Positions 18,345 to 27,640 of a DNA stretch of 64,000 nucleotides are shown here, one piece after another. Where the stretch lies: the IMG/VR virus record IMGVR_UViG_3300008110_000030, positions 124,001-188,000 of that record. One strand, given 5' to 3'. The notes beneath the pieces are model-generated. The model saw only the letters and a list, made by a program, of their open reading frames with translations. It had not been told where the DNA came from and did not search any database. Position numbers and translations under genes: made by a program. The stretch's first letter is position 1, and each line of letters opens with the position of its first letter.

Positions 18345-18601
18345 GTGAGCAAACTGAAGTACAAGCAACAGAAACTGTAGCAACAACCGCTGAAGCAACA
18401 CCAGCACCAGCAGCCGCACCTGATCTAACTGTTAACGATCTGCAAGCACTACGTACTATTATTGACGTTGCAAGTCAACGTGGTACATTCAAAGCAGGCG
18501 AACTAGCAAGTGTTGGTCAAGTGTACAATCGTTTAGAAGCTTTTCTAAACCATATTGCACCTGCTAAAACTGACGGCGCCGCTGAAGCGCCAAAACAATA
18601 A
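18341..18601 (+). CDS. Hypothetical protein
   Basis: 86 aa, AGGAG RBS, Ala/Pro-rich ends. Confidence 0.75.
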   Translation: MSEQTEVQATETVATTAEATPAPAAAPDLTVNDLQALRTIIDVASQRGTFKAGELASVGQVYNRLEAFLNHIAPAKTDGAAEAPKQ

Positions 18602-18611
18602 GGAAAATAAA

Positions 18612-19196
18612 ATGAAACACGTCGGAAAAATGAAAAATAATGACGCCCCAGTTGTCATTGTTTTTCGAACTATTCCGGGTGATCCACACAATTGTCTTGT
18701 GGTGGGTACCCAAGGGCTGGGGCCCACCCATCACGATGCATTGATGACCGAGATACAAACTCCAGAATCACAAGGTGCATTCGAGTTAGCTACAATTCTT
18801 GCAACACGTAGATTCCCAGATAACAGCGAGATGTTGGCTTGGTTGCATTTTAATAAGAAACTTAGAAAAATAGCAACTAAAGATGTTATTGTAACTCCAA
18901 CACCAAGTCAGTCAATTTCTTTAGATGAATTGAACAAACTTATTGCGGAACAAAAAGGTATATCTTTAGAAGAGCTAGCTGGTGGTAAGAAGACTGAAAT
19001 TACTGAAATTGCACAAATTACAGAAACTCCAGTTGCCAATATTGCTGGCGAAGTTGAAGTGTTAGATGATACTAAGTTAGCCAAAAGTCTACGTAGTCAA
19101 GCAGATTCTTTGTTTAAGGAAGCACAAACTTTACGTAAACAAGCAGACGATTTAGATCCTCCAAAGAAGAAAACTGCCAAAGCTGTAGAAGCTTAA
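18612..19196 (+). CDS. Hypothetical protein
   Basis: MKHVGK start after AAGGA RBS; C-terminal coiled coil. Confidence 0.75.
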   Translation: MKHVGKMKNNDAPVVIVFRTIPGDPHNCLVVGTQGLGPTHHDALMTEIQTPESQGAFELATILATRRFPDNSEMLAWLHFNKKLRKIATKDVIVTPTPSQSISLDELNKLIAEQKGISLEELAGGKKTEITEIAQITETPVANIAGEVEVLDDTKLAKSLRSQADSLFKEAQTLRKQADDLDPPKKKTAKAVEA

Positions 19197-19249
19197 AGGG
19201 GGCAGTTATTTCTAATACTTTTCCTAGAAGAGTTAGGATAGTATCTGGC

Positions 19250-19561
19250 TTGGATGCAAATTGGCGGGAGATTTTGGAAGACGTGTCGTTACGTGCTATC
19301 CCGATTAAATACATTGCAAGCGTAGAACTTGAACTCAAAAACCAAGATACCTGCTCTATAGATGTGGCATCTAAGTTACGTGACGACTGGTCAGGAAACT
19401 TAGAAACTGCTTCAGTAGAACTGGAGAAACTAATTGGCGATGTCCATGAACTACACGGCGTTAGCATGGTCGAATACCTGCTAGATTTTGACATGATAAG
19501 GAGTGAGGTAAGTTTTACCTCAGCAAAATTAGGAAATGACAACAACAGCAATCGTAATTAG
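19250..19561 (+). CDS. Hypothetical protein
   Basis: Co-oriented ORF in the + strand operon; start uncertain. Confidence 0.55.
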   Translation: MDANWREILEDVSLRAIPIKYIASVELELKNQDTCSIDVASKLRDDWSGNLETASVELEKLIGDVHELHGVSMVEYLLDFDMIRSEVSFTSAKLGNDNNSNRN

Positions 19562-20036
19562 TACAGAAGTAGGAGGCATCGGTATTAATGGCCGTATGCC
19601 TTGGCTTGAATTATTTTCAGCTAAAGATGCCTACCAAGAACTTGCCGAAAATAATATAGTATTAGTTGGTCGAAAATCTTTTGATTCACATCATCACTTA
19701 CGTGGCGAAGTAACTTATGTTTATTCTAACAATGTAGACTTTGTAGAAAGTGATAATGTAAAAAGAGTTTCAGGATCTGCTGATGATATCATTAGCATGA
19801 TTAAAGAAACACACCCAGATAAAAATATTATTATTGCAGGCGGTGTTAATGTGTTCAAAGAATTTTGGGATCACATTGACGATTGGCGTGTAACTATTGT
19901 TAAAGAGTTTGTGGTCTACGAAGAAGATATTGATTTAACATCTATTCAATACCACTGGAATGATAGACGTCTGCTTGGTGAAGGTGTAGATAACAATCAA
20001 AATTTTGAAATTTGGCATTACCGTAAGAAGGTCTAA
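19536..20036 (+). CDS. Dihydrofolate reductase-like protein
   Basis: GGIGINGRMPW, VLVGRKSFDS, IIAGG; adjacent to thyA. Confidence 0.8.
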   Translation: MTTTAIVISTEVGGIGINGRMPWLELFSAKDAYQELAENNIVLVGRKSFDSHHHLRGEVTYVYSNNVDFVESDNVKRVSGSADDIISMIKETHPDKNIIIAGGVNVFKEFWDHIDDWRVTIVKEFVVYEEDIDLTSIQYHWNDRRLLGEGVDNNQNFEIWHYRKKV

Positions 20037-20908
20037 TGGATAATTATCACAGTCTAATATCAAAAATAATCAACGAAGGTTCACTAAAAGAAGATCGAAC
20101 TGGAGTAGGTACAATTAGTTTATTTGGGGAGCAACTTAGATTTGATTTAAACAAAGGCTTCCCTGCAATTACAACCAAAAAGTTAGCATGGAAAGCAGTA
20201 GTTAGCGAACTGCTTTGGTTTATTTTAGGTAGTGGTGACGAACGTAAACTTAAAGAAATTTTACACGGTGACGCAAATAGTGATAAGAAGACTATCTGGT
20301 CTGAAAATGCTAGCGCAGATTATTGGGTCAACAAACATCAAAAGAAACATAAAGACGACTTAGGTAGGATTTATGGAGTACAGTGGCGTACTTGGAGATC
20401 TCCAGTCTTTGGAGTTAACAAGATGGGCATTCGACACATTGACCAACTGCAACAATTGCTCAAGGGCATCAAAGAAGATCCAAACGGTCGTAGACACATT
20501 ATCACAGCATGGAATCCAGGAGAGCTTGATTCAATGGCGCTACCGCCTTGCCATTGCTTTGCACAATTTTATGTAAACAACGGCAAACTGAGTTGTCAAA
20601 TGTATCAACGTAGTGCTGACATTTTTCTAGGAGTGCCTTTTAACATCGCATCGTATGCTTTATTCACTCACATGATTGCTCAATGTTGTGATTTAGAAGT
20701 AGGCGAGTTAATCATTACGTTTGGTGATGTGCATTTGTATAATAATCATTTAGAGCAAGCACAACAGCAACTAGAAAGAGAAGCATTTGATTGTCCTAAA
20801 CTGGTGTTAAACCCACAAATAAAGGACATTACAAAATTTGCAATGTCCGATATTAGTTTAGAAAACTATCAAAGTCACGACGCAATTTCAGCGCCAATGG
20901 CTGTTTAA
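20036..20908 (+). CDS. thyA: Thymidylate synthase
   Basis: DRTGVGT, LGRIYGVQWR, MALPPCH, YQRSADIFLGVPFN, DVHLY. Confidence 0.97.
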   Translation: MDNYHSLISKIINEGSLKEDRTGVGTISLFGEQLRFDLNKGFPAITTKKLAWKAVVSELLWFILGSGDERKLKEILHGDANSDKKTIWSENASADYWVNKHQKKHKDDLGRIYGVQWRTWRSPVFGVNKMGIRHIDQLQQLLKGIKEDPNGRRHIITAWNPGELDSMALPPCHCFAQFYVNNGKLSCQMYQRSADIFLGVPFNIASYALFTHMIAQCCDLEVGELIITFGDVHLYNNHLEQAQQQLEREAFDCPKLVLNPQIKDITKFAMSDISLENYQSHDAISAPMAV

Positions 20909-22959
20909 AGAATCACACACTCCACAAGTTTAACACCTGTATCACTATTAGTTTCTAAAGCAATAGCAAATACACCGTTAGCATGTGGAACTGACATAAC
21001 AGCACAACCATTATCAGAGGCGATTAGTTCATCGCCTTTCTTAATGGATCCAATTACTTTAACTGGAATACGGCCTTTTAGTGCAACAATGGTTCCGCCT
21101 TCTAAACTATCGTTCATTAGATATGCAGGTTTATTACTAACTGCACCAATTGCACGTTTACCCCACTTACTGGCAGTAACTTCTTTTTCTCCGCCAATCA
21201 TTAAGACTGTGCCAACTTCGTATTCTGCATCTGCAAGATATTTTTCTGCCAAGTCAGCATAATTAGCACTAGTAGCAGTACCATGCACAATGTTTACAAA
21301 TATGTCTGCTGCCGCATCACGTGCAACAATTGTACTTGGAGTGTTTAATACAGACGGAACTAATCCACCAAGTCTATCTGCGTTAGTGGCAGTACCAGCG
21401 ATATTTCCTACTTGAATAGATCCGTTAGAATCTCTAACTACAATTGTAAACGGAGTGTTACTTATCGAAGCAACTCTAGGAACTTGGTTTTGATCTAAAA
21501 TAGATATTGATTGTTGTGCAGTTCCTAAGAATTGTACAGCTGATAAATTTCCGTCTGCATCACGCACTGCTACAGTATTTCTATATGGTGTTGGATTAAC
21601 ACTGGAAACTAGTCCTGTATAGTCTGTACTACCAATTCTTAGTTTAGCGGCTGTTTCAGATACACCAGAAAACGCACCTCTAAAAACTGTACTAGCACCA
21701 CTCACATCAACTGCTATTTGTTGGTCAACAGGAGCATTTAAATTAACTACATTACCATAATGGCTACCGTTAGTTCTTCCATTGAACACTGGTGTTAGGC
21801 CACTGATTGTTAAAACTTCTGTGTTGTCATTTTTTACTATATTACCATTTACATTACCTACTAGTCTACCAACAAATCCAGCACTAGCAGATACAGTTGT
21901 TCCTTCTACTTTTCCTCTAAATGCCGCATTTCCAACGGGCAATCCAGGGTCATCAACTGCAACAAAATTGTTTGCAATAACGTTTTTAATTTTTTTGGTG
22001 TTTGTTCCAAGACTAAATGCACTATCAATATCTGGTACTAGACCAGTATTATCAAGAGCAATAACTTTTCTAAGTGTTCCAGAAACAGTTACACTTAAAC
22101 TGAAATTAGATCCAGTTATATTATTAAGATACGCTGTTCCAGCATTGTATCCTAAAAAGAAATTATCAGAACTTCCTAAAAATAAACCTTTAACATTTGA
22201 GAATGAACCGTTTGGATTAAGCGATGGTTCAACTCTAATGGATAAGCTGGTATTCATAATTTGATTACCAGATCCTGTATTTTGTACAAAATTAGCCGCA
22301 GGAATTTCTATATTGTTTACCAATAATGATTCTGAAGTTTTTGCTACACCGCCAAATTTAATGTTAGGATAACTTGTTCTTGAAGGTAGCGTGATTCCTT
22401 TAAAAATTTTACCAAACCCCGTTATAGGAGTCTGAGTTGAATCAATATCAAATTCGTCTTTAGAGAATACAGTAGAAATTGTGTCCTCAAACTGAGAAGC
22501 CAATACAGTATGTCTATTACCGCCAGTGTCAATTAATACTTTAGATACAAGTTGAGCCGCATTAGGATTAACTAATAATGGTCCAATTAACTTGTGTTCA
22601 GTGCCGTTATAAGCAAATAGCTGACTTGTTGTAGTATTGAACCATAAGTCGCCTGCTAATTGTCCTGTTGGAGCTGTTGCACTATGTTCTATAGTACCTA
22701 AGGGTTTAAATTCAACTCCATTGTAAATCTTGATCTTTTTAACACTGGTGTCAAACCAAAGTTGACCAGTTATTTTATTTGTTGGTTCTACAGAATTAGC
22801 AAAATTTTCTAGTAGATATACTAAACTCTCATTTAATGATTTTCCGTATCCAGAATAGTTTTTTCCAGGCAAATTTAAGTCTGTAGAAATGTTATCTACA
22901 GAACCATCCTGTATTACAGCTATTGTTTGACCGTTAAATTTCTTTATTGTATATGGCAT
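20905..22959 (-). CDS. Tail fibre-like protein with C-terminal chaperone/autocleavage-like domain
   Basis: Shared fibre N-terminal module (LLENF...GQLWFD); C-terminal YADLAEKY...VALKGRIPVKV. Confidence 0.7.
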   Translation of the reverse strand: MPYTIKKFNGQTIAVIQDGSVDNISTDLNLPGKNYSGYGKSLNESLVYLLENFANSVEPTNKITGQLWFDTSVKKIKIYNGVEFKPLGTIEHSATAPTGQLAGDLWFNTTTSQLFAYNGTEHKLIGPLLVNPNAAQLVSKVLIDTGGNRHTVLASQFEDTISTVFSKDEFDIDSTQTPITGFGKIFKGITLPSRTSYPNIKFGGVAKTSESLLVNNIEIPAANFVQNTGSGNQIMNTSLSIRVEPSLNPNGSFSNVKGLFLGSSDNFFLGYNAGTAYLNNITGSNFSLSVTVSGTLRKVIALDNTGLVPDIDSAFSLGTNTKKIKNVIANNFVAVDDPGLPVGNAAFRGKVEGTTVSASAGFVGRLVGNVNGNIVKNDNTEVLTISGLTPVFNGRTNGSHYGNVVNLNAPVDQQIAVDVSGASTVFRGAFSGVSETAAKLRIGSTDYTGLVSSVNPTPYRNTVAVRDADGNLSAVQFLGTAQQSISILDQNQVPRVASISNTPFTIVVRDSNGSIQVGNIAGTATNADRLGGLVPSVLNTPSTIVARDAAADIFVNIVHGTATSANYADLAEKYLADAEYEVGTVLMIGGEKEVTASKWGKRAIGAVSNKPAYLMNDSLEGGTIVALKGRIPVKVIGSIKKGDELIASDNGCAVMSVPHANGVFAIALETNSDTGVKLVECVIL

Positions 22960-22990
22960 GTCAACTCTCAGTTATTTCTAATATTTACCA

Positions 22991-23455
22991 TTAAACTACT
23001 TTCTTAGAAAGCATGGCTGCTTCTTGCTCTTTTGATACCCAAGTATATGCTTCTGAATTGCCTGAATATGCTTGAACTTTTTGTAAATGTTCTTGTCTAA
23101 CTGCCTTTAAAAAGTCTCTCATGGCCACAAATTCTGGGGTTTTTTCACTAGCATTTTTATCTAGCATGTCTACTAAAATATTCATTTGCTTGTGTATTGA
23201 ATAAGTTTCTAAAACTTTTAGGTTAGTAGCGTAATTTAATGTAGATTCAGTAATGACTGGCTTGTCTAGTCTAGACATAATTTGTCCAGTTGCATAGTCC
23301 CCGCTCCAATATTCTTGATTTCCAGCGTCAATGCTCACATCTCTGATATAAAACTTAGTCAAATCTAATATTGACTCATCAGTGTCAGCAGTGATCTCGC
23401 CAATAAGAACCCCTGTAGATTTTAAAAACAATAATTTTCTATTTTCTTTTGCCAT
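22991..23455 (-). CDS. Hypothetical protein (possible fibre assembly factor)
   Basis: MAKEN start coupled (TAATG) to the upstream gene. Confidence 0.65.
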   Translation of the reverse strand: MAKENRKLLFLKSTGVLIGEITADTDESILDLTKFYIRDVSIDAGNQEYWSGDYATGQIMSRLDKPVITESTLNYATNLKVLETYSIHKQMNILVDMLDKNASEKTPEFVAMRDFLKAVRQEHLQKVQAYSGNSEAYTWVSKEQEAAMLSKKVV

Positions 23456-23970
23456 TATATTCCCCAACTTAATACAAGACTATACTTTGATTGTTCGTCT
23501 TGTCCTATTTCTGTTACTTCGTGTTCAATATGAATAGGCATTTCTAAATATGCTCCAGGTTCTTCTTCAACAAAATTCCCGTTGCCTTCTTTATCGTACC
23601 AAACAAAATGAGGCTTATCACTTCTTAAAAATATCAACTTAAACTTCCAATATGCTCCTTGAGAATCTTTATGTCTTTTTAAAAAGTCCCCTGAATCATA
23701 CCTATTAATTACAAAGCTAGTAGCAGTTTTATCTTCATCACTTAACGTTTTAAAAATAGCTGCCTTTAATTCATCACTCATATTAAAATAAAAAAGAGAT
23801 TTCATTTGACTATCTCCGTACACAGTAGAAAAATTATATTTTTCATTTGTTTGTCTTAGAGAAAAATTATGAGTTTCTTTTTCTGCTATCTCTATAATTT
23901 CACTTGGATTAGTCAAATAATTCTTAATTAAGTTAACCTGATACATATTCCCAACTTGTTCTTCCTGCAT
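23455..23970 (-). CDS. 2OG-Fe(II) oxygenase (prolyl-hydroxylase-like)
   Basis: INRYDSGDFLKRHKD (HxD), HEVT, KYSLV; start may be 23946. Confidence 0.75.
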   Translation of the reverse strand: MQEEQVGNMYQVNLIKNYLTNPSEIIEIAEKETHNFSLRQTNEKYNFSTVYGDSQMKSLFYFNMSDELKAAIFKTLSDEDKTATSFVINRYDSGDFLKRHKDSQGAYWKFKLIFLRSDKPHFVWYDKEGNGNFVEEEPGAYLEMPIHIEHEVTEIGQDEQSKYSLVLSWGI

Positions 23971-25849
23971 TAACCCTATATACTAGATCAGTATTTCTTG
24001 TAGGATTGTTGACCGTAGTTACCACATTCACATTACTAACATAATGTATACTAATAAAACTTCCATAAGATGTTGTTGTAGTAGTGGAAATGTTTTGTAT
24101 TGTTGAAGAAACTCTACATATTGTTAATGGAGCTATATTTGTGACAGGAGCTAATGCATTTAAAATTTCAACAACAGACCCCGCGCCTGAACCAGTTTCA
24201 TTTAATCCTTTAGTATCTATACTAAAAAATAATGGTCTACTTTCTATTAGATTGTCAACATATTGTTTTGTAACAGCATGTCTTACATCAATTGGGTCAG
24301 CTGCCAATGTCAACGGACCAGCAAGTGTTCCACCTAATACTGATAATCTAGTAGTATCTGTTATTACAATACTTTGACTGCCGTCAAATGCCACGCCATT
24401 TATAGTTCTTGCAACAGCCAATGCTGATGCTGAACTTGCATTTCCAGTTAATGAGCCAATAAACTCTCTAGTAGAGTTATTAATTACCACTTGTCCGTTT
24501 GATGCAAGTACATTACCTGTAATATTTCCAGTTACGTTGCCAGTAACATTACCTATTACGTTGCCAGTAACATTACCTATTACGTTACCTGTTAGGTCAC
24601 CTGTAACATCGCCTATAACATTGCCTGTTAGGTCACCTGTAATATCGCCAGTTGTGTTGCCTTGCAAATTACCAATAAATTTACCGTAAAATTCAGTTGT
24701 TGGCTTAGTTAAATCTGTTACAGTAGTCAGTCCGTCTCTTGTAAAAATCTTATCAAGTTTAGCATTGTCGCCATTTATATTACCAACAACATTACCAGTA
24801 ACTGTTCCAGTTAAATTTCCGTTTAATGCTGTGGAATAGATTGCGTTGAAGGGTGCTGCCGCAGAGCCAATGTCAACAGTACTTAATGGTTTAACTATTG
24901 TTTTATTTGATAATCCACTGTCAAAAGATAAAATATCTCTAATTGGTTCTAAAGGTTCAGCACAAGTAACTACTAATCGTGTGCCAGTATAAACTATATG
25001 GCCATCTAAATCTTCGTCAGCGTTTGACCCAACGTAATTGCCAATTTTAACTAGGTATTGTGTATTATCATTATCTCTAATGCCTGCGTGTAAGTGCTCT
25101 TTAGTCCAAACACTAGACTGCATTTCTTGTACTGAAGAACTGTCAGTTCTAACAAAACTTTCTGAAGCAAGTGGGCCATCAGTAGGATCAATTAGCGTAT
25201 ATGACTGATCCACTTTTCCATTAATTAATGCTGAACCAATTAAATTTAAACCAATTGTCACAGTTCCAGTTGAGCCACTGTTTTCATGTAGCCCTAAGAT
25301 AGGTGTTGTAGGATCAAAAATATATTTTGACACTATTCCAATTAATGCATCATCAACAAATAATTTTAAGACTGGGTTGCTTGATTCAACTGACTCGCCA
25401 TCTTTGGTACCTAATATAACATCGCCTTCTAATCTACTAGTTCCAAACCCTGGAATACTTGTAGTAACTAGATCATAATCAGTGCCATCAAAAACTTTCA
25501 ATTCATTTGTACTAGAGTTAAACCAAAAATCACCTTTTTTAGATGATGACAATGACGGTTTAGTAGTTGCAGATTCAATTCTACTAATGCCTTTCCAAGT
25601 TCCAGCTGTACTATAGATTTTTAACTGTGTTGCTGTGGTATCGTACCACAGTTGTCCAACTAAAGGACTATCAGGCGGAGAATTTTTAGAAAAGTTTTCT
25701 AACAAATGTACAAAATTTTCATTTTGATAAAACCCATAACCAGCAACGTTTCTGCCAACTAAGTTTAAAGATACGGTTGAGCTGTCTATTGCACCATCTG
25801 GTACATCAACTAATACGTTGTTGTTTGAAAGTTTAATTGAATATGTCAT
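23933..25849 (-). CDS. Tail fibre-like protein with G(N/D)(V/I/L)x repeats
   Basis: Shared N-terminal module; GNVT/GDLT tetrapeptide repeats; AVTKQYVD motif. Confidence 0.75.
   Translation of the reverse strand: MTYSIKLSNNNVLVDVPDGAIDSSTVSLNLVGRNVAGYGFYQNENFVHLLENFSKNSPPDSPLVGQLWYDTTATQLKIYSTAGTWKGISRIESATTKPSLSSSKKGDFWFNSSTNELKVFDGTDYDLVTTSIPGFGTSRLEGDVILGTKDGESVESSNPVLKLFVDDALIGIVSKYIFDPTTPILGLHENSGSTGTVTIGLNLIGSALINGKVDQSYTLIDPTDGPLASESFVRTDSSSVQEMQSSVWTKEHLHAGIRDNDNTQYLVKIGNYVGSNADEDLDGHIVYTGTRLVVTCAEPLEPIRDILSFDSGLSNKTIVKPLSTVDIGSAAAPFNAIYSTALNGNLTGTVTGNVVGNINGDNAKLDKIFTRDGLTTVTDLTKPTTEFYGKFIGNLQGNTTGDITGDLTGNVIGDVTGDLTGNVIGNVTGNVIGNVTGNVTGNITGNVLASNGQVVINNSTREFIGSLTGNASSASALAVARTINGVAFDGSQSIVITDTTRLSVLGGTLAGPLTLAADPIDVRHAVTKQYVDNLIESRPLFFSIDTKGLNETGSGAGSVVEILNALAPVTNIAPLTICRVSSTIQNISTTTTTSYGSFISIHYVSNVNVVTTVNNPTRNTDLVYRVNAGRTSWEYVSG
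24511..24660 (-). repeat. 12-bp-period coding repeat (GNVT/GNVI/GDLT)
   Basis: Includes an exact 24-bp tandem CGTTGCCAGTAACATTACCTATTA at 24535-24582. Confidence 0.8.
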
Positions 25850-25861
25850 CTAATCGCTCCG

Positions 25862-27631
25862 TTATACTGCAATGTCCTGTCCAGTTTGGTATACCCATGT
25901 TCTTGTTCCTACAACAAGTTCGCATTGATAAATTCTCACTACTCTTGTAACTGTTGGTGTTGATACACCGTTTGTGTATGATAAGCATAGCACTCGAACA
26001 ACGTCGTTAACATTAACAGACAATGCTGGTATTAGTGCATCAATCTGTGCAATTGCATCATCTGCAGGGCTTGCAAGACCAGTTGTATCAACTGTTAAGT
26101 AATTGATAGAAGTTTTAACATCGTCAACATATTCTTTATTTGCCGCATCAAACTGTAAGGACGGTGCATCTACGTTTGCAATTCTAGCTCTAGTGCCGAG
26201 TTCAATTATTCTTCCAGTTCCTACTGTAATAATAAGATTAGAAGCAGGATCTATAGTTATCTCATTATCAGTAAACGTGAATTCAGCCGCTTGCAAGTTT
26301 GTTAAATGTCCAACATTTGTTAAACTGCTGTTTATTATTGTTGAGCCCAGTGTTGTAGAACTTAATACTTGATTGTTTCCAATATATAGACTGTTTGTTG
26401 AAGGTATTTTAAAGTTATCATTAACTTCCCACGCTGACAGTGTAGTTAAAGGAGATATTGAAACTGTAATTCCAGTTTTCAACCATCTCAATAACTTGGT
26501 TGTAGTTCCATAAACGGTTAAGCCTGCACCATCTGCGGTTGTATCTGTTGGTGTTGAGACTACTGCAAGTTCAATATTTTTATCAGTAATCTGCAAGGTA
26601 GTTGAATTAGTAAACTGCGTTTCACCTACAACAGTTAAACTGCCTTCTATAGTAACATCTCCGTTGACGTTCATCTGTGGAGTGTCACCTGGCAATGTTT
26701 TCCAAGTGTCATCTGGATAGATATTGATTGATTTATTGGTTGGATCAACCATTAATGAATTTTGAAATCCATTAGATGTTCGAGTTTGTATTGTAAACTT
26801 ATTGTTAACACCGTTATTGGTTAGATAAGTGTGATAGTTATTACTTTCTGGCTCTATATATAAAGCTATTCCAGTGTCTGTTGCTGAAATAATTAAACCA
26901 TTAAGACTTGTTAGTGTTAGACTTCCGTCAATACTAGAATTTTTATCACTTCTAACAAATTTAGAAGATATTAAGTTGCCATCAACTGGATCAATTAGTG
27001 CAGTTGCTGACTGTGAAGGTGCATTTATGTTATTATCAACTACACTAGTGCTAAATGAAAGTCCTGCTTTGAGCTCACCAACACCGATAGTAAATCCTGC
27101 GATTGCAATTAAAGGTATGAATGAGCTAGGATTCAATATGGCCATTTTTATGTTTGACACATACATCACTGCTACTACTCTAGAATTTCCTCTAGTATCA
27201 ATAATTTCTTCTACTATCCATCCTGTTTTTCCTTGACTTGATGTATAAATTGGTCCTGCCGTTACTAGATTAGAGCCGTCAAAAAACTTTAGTTGTTGAC
27301 TAGCATTATCAATCCATAGGTCACCTTCAACTAAATTAGCAGGTCTACTAGTGCTAACAAAAGGACTACCAACTGGTCTCCAATTTGTTCCATCAAAAAC
27401 GTTTAACTTACTTGTGTTAGAGTTAAACCACAACTGACCTTTAATTTGATTATTTGGTGGGCTTGAATTTGAAAAATTTTCTAATAGATATACAAGATTA
27501 GAATTATAAATCTCACCAATACCTTTAAAATTCTTACCAATTAATTTTAAAGAGGTACTAGAATTATCAACTGTTCCGTCTGTTACAGTTGCTACTATAT
27601 TACCGTCTGTTTTTTTTATTACGTATGGCAT
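25862..27631 (-). CDS. Tail fibre-like protein
   Basis: Shared N-terminal module; DAANKEYVD motif. Confidence 0.75.
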   Translation of the reverse strand: MPYVIKKTDGNIVATVTDGTVDNSSTSLKLIGKNFKGIGEIYNSNLVYLLENFSNSSPPNNQIKGQLWFNSNTSKLNVFDGTNWRPVGSPFVSTSRPANLVEGDLWIDNASQQLKFFDGSNLVTAGPIYTSSQGKTGWIVEEIIDTRGNSRVVAVMYVSNIKMAILNPSSFIPLIAIAGFTIGVGELKAGLSFSTSVVDNNINAPSQSATALIDPVDGNLISSKFVRSDKNSSIDGSLTLTSLNGLIISATDTGIALYIEPESNNYHTYLTNNGVNNKFTIQTRTSNGFQNSLMVDPTNKSINIYPDDTWKTLPGDTPQMNVNGDVTIEGSLTVVGETQFTNSTTLQITDKNIELAVVSTPTDTTADGAGLTVYGTTTKLLRWLKTGITVSISPLTTLSAWEVNDNFKIPSTNSLYIGNNQVLSSTTLGSTIINSSLTNVGHLTNLQAAEFTFTDNEITIDPASNLIITVGTGRIIELGTRARIANVDAPSLQFDAANKEYVDDVKTSINYLTVDTTGLASPADDAIAQIDALIPALSVNVNDVVRVLCLSYTNGVSTPTVTRVVRIYQCELVVGTRTWVYQTGQDIAV

Positions 27632-27640
27632 CGTCTATCC

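Noticed and set aside
19114-19551. 145-aa minus-strand ORF
   Set aside because: Opposes a continuous + strand operon and overlaps neighbouring genes; the + strand ORF is more plausible.
20905-20908. Convergent genes sharing a TTAA stop overlap
   Set aside because: Ordinary genome compaction.
24511-24660. Diversity-generating or CRISPR-like repeat
   Set aside because: Explained by in-frame tetrapeptide repeats of a fibre protein; no reverse transcriptase or cas gene is present.
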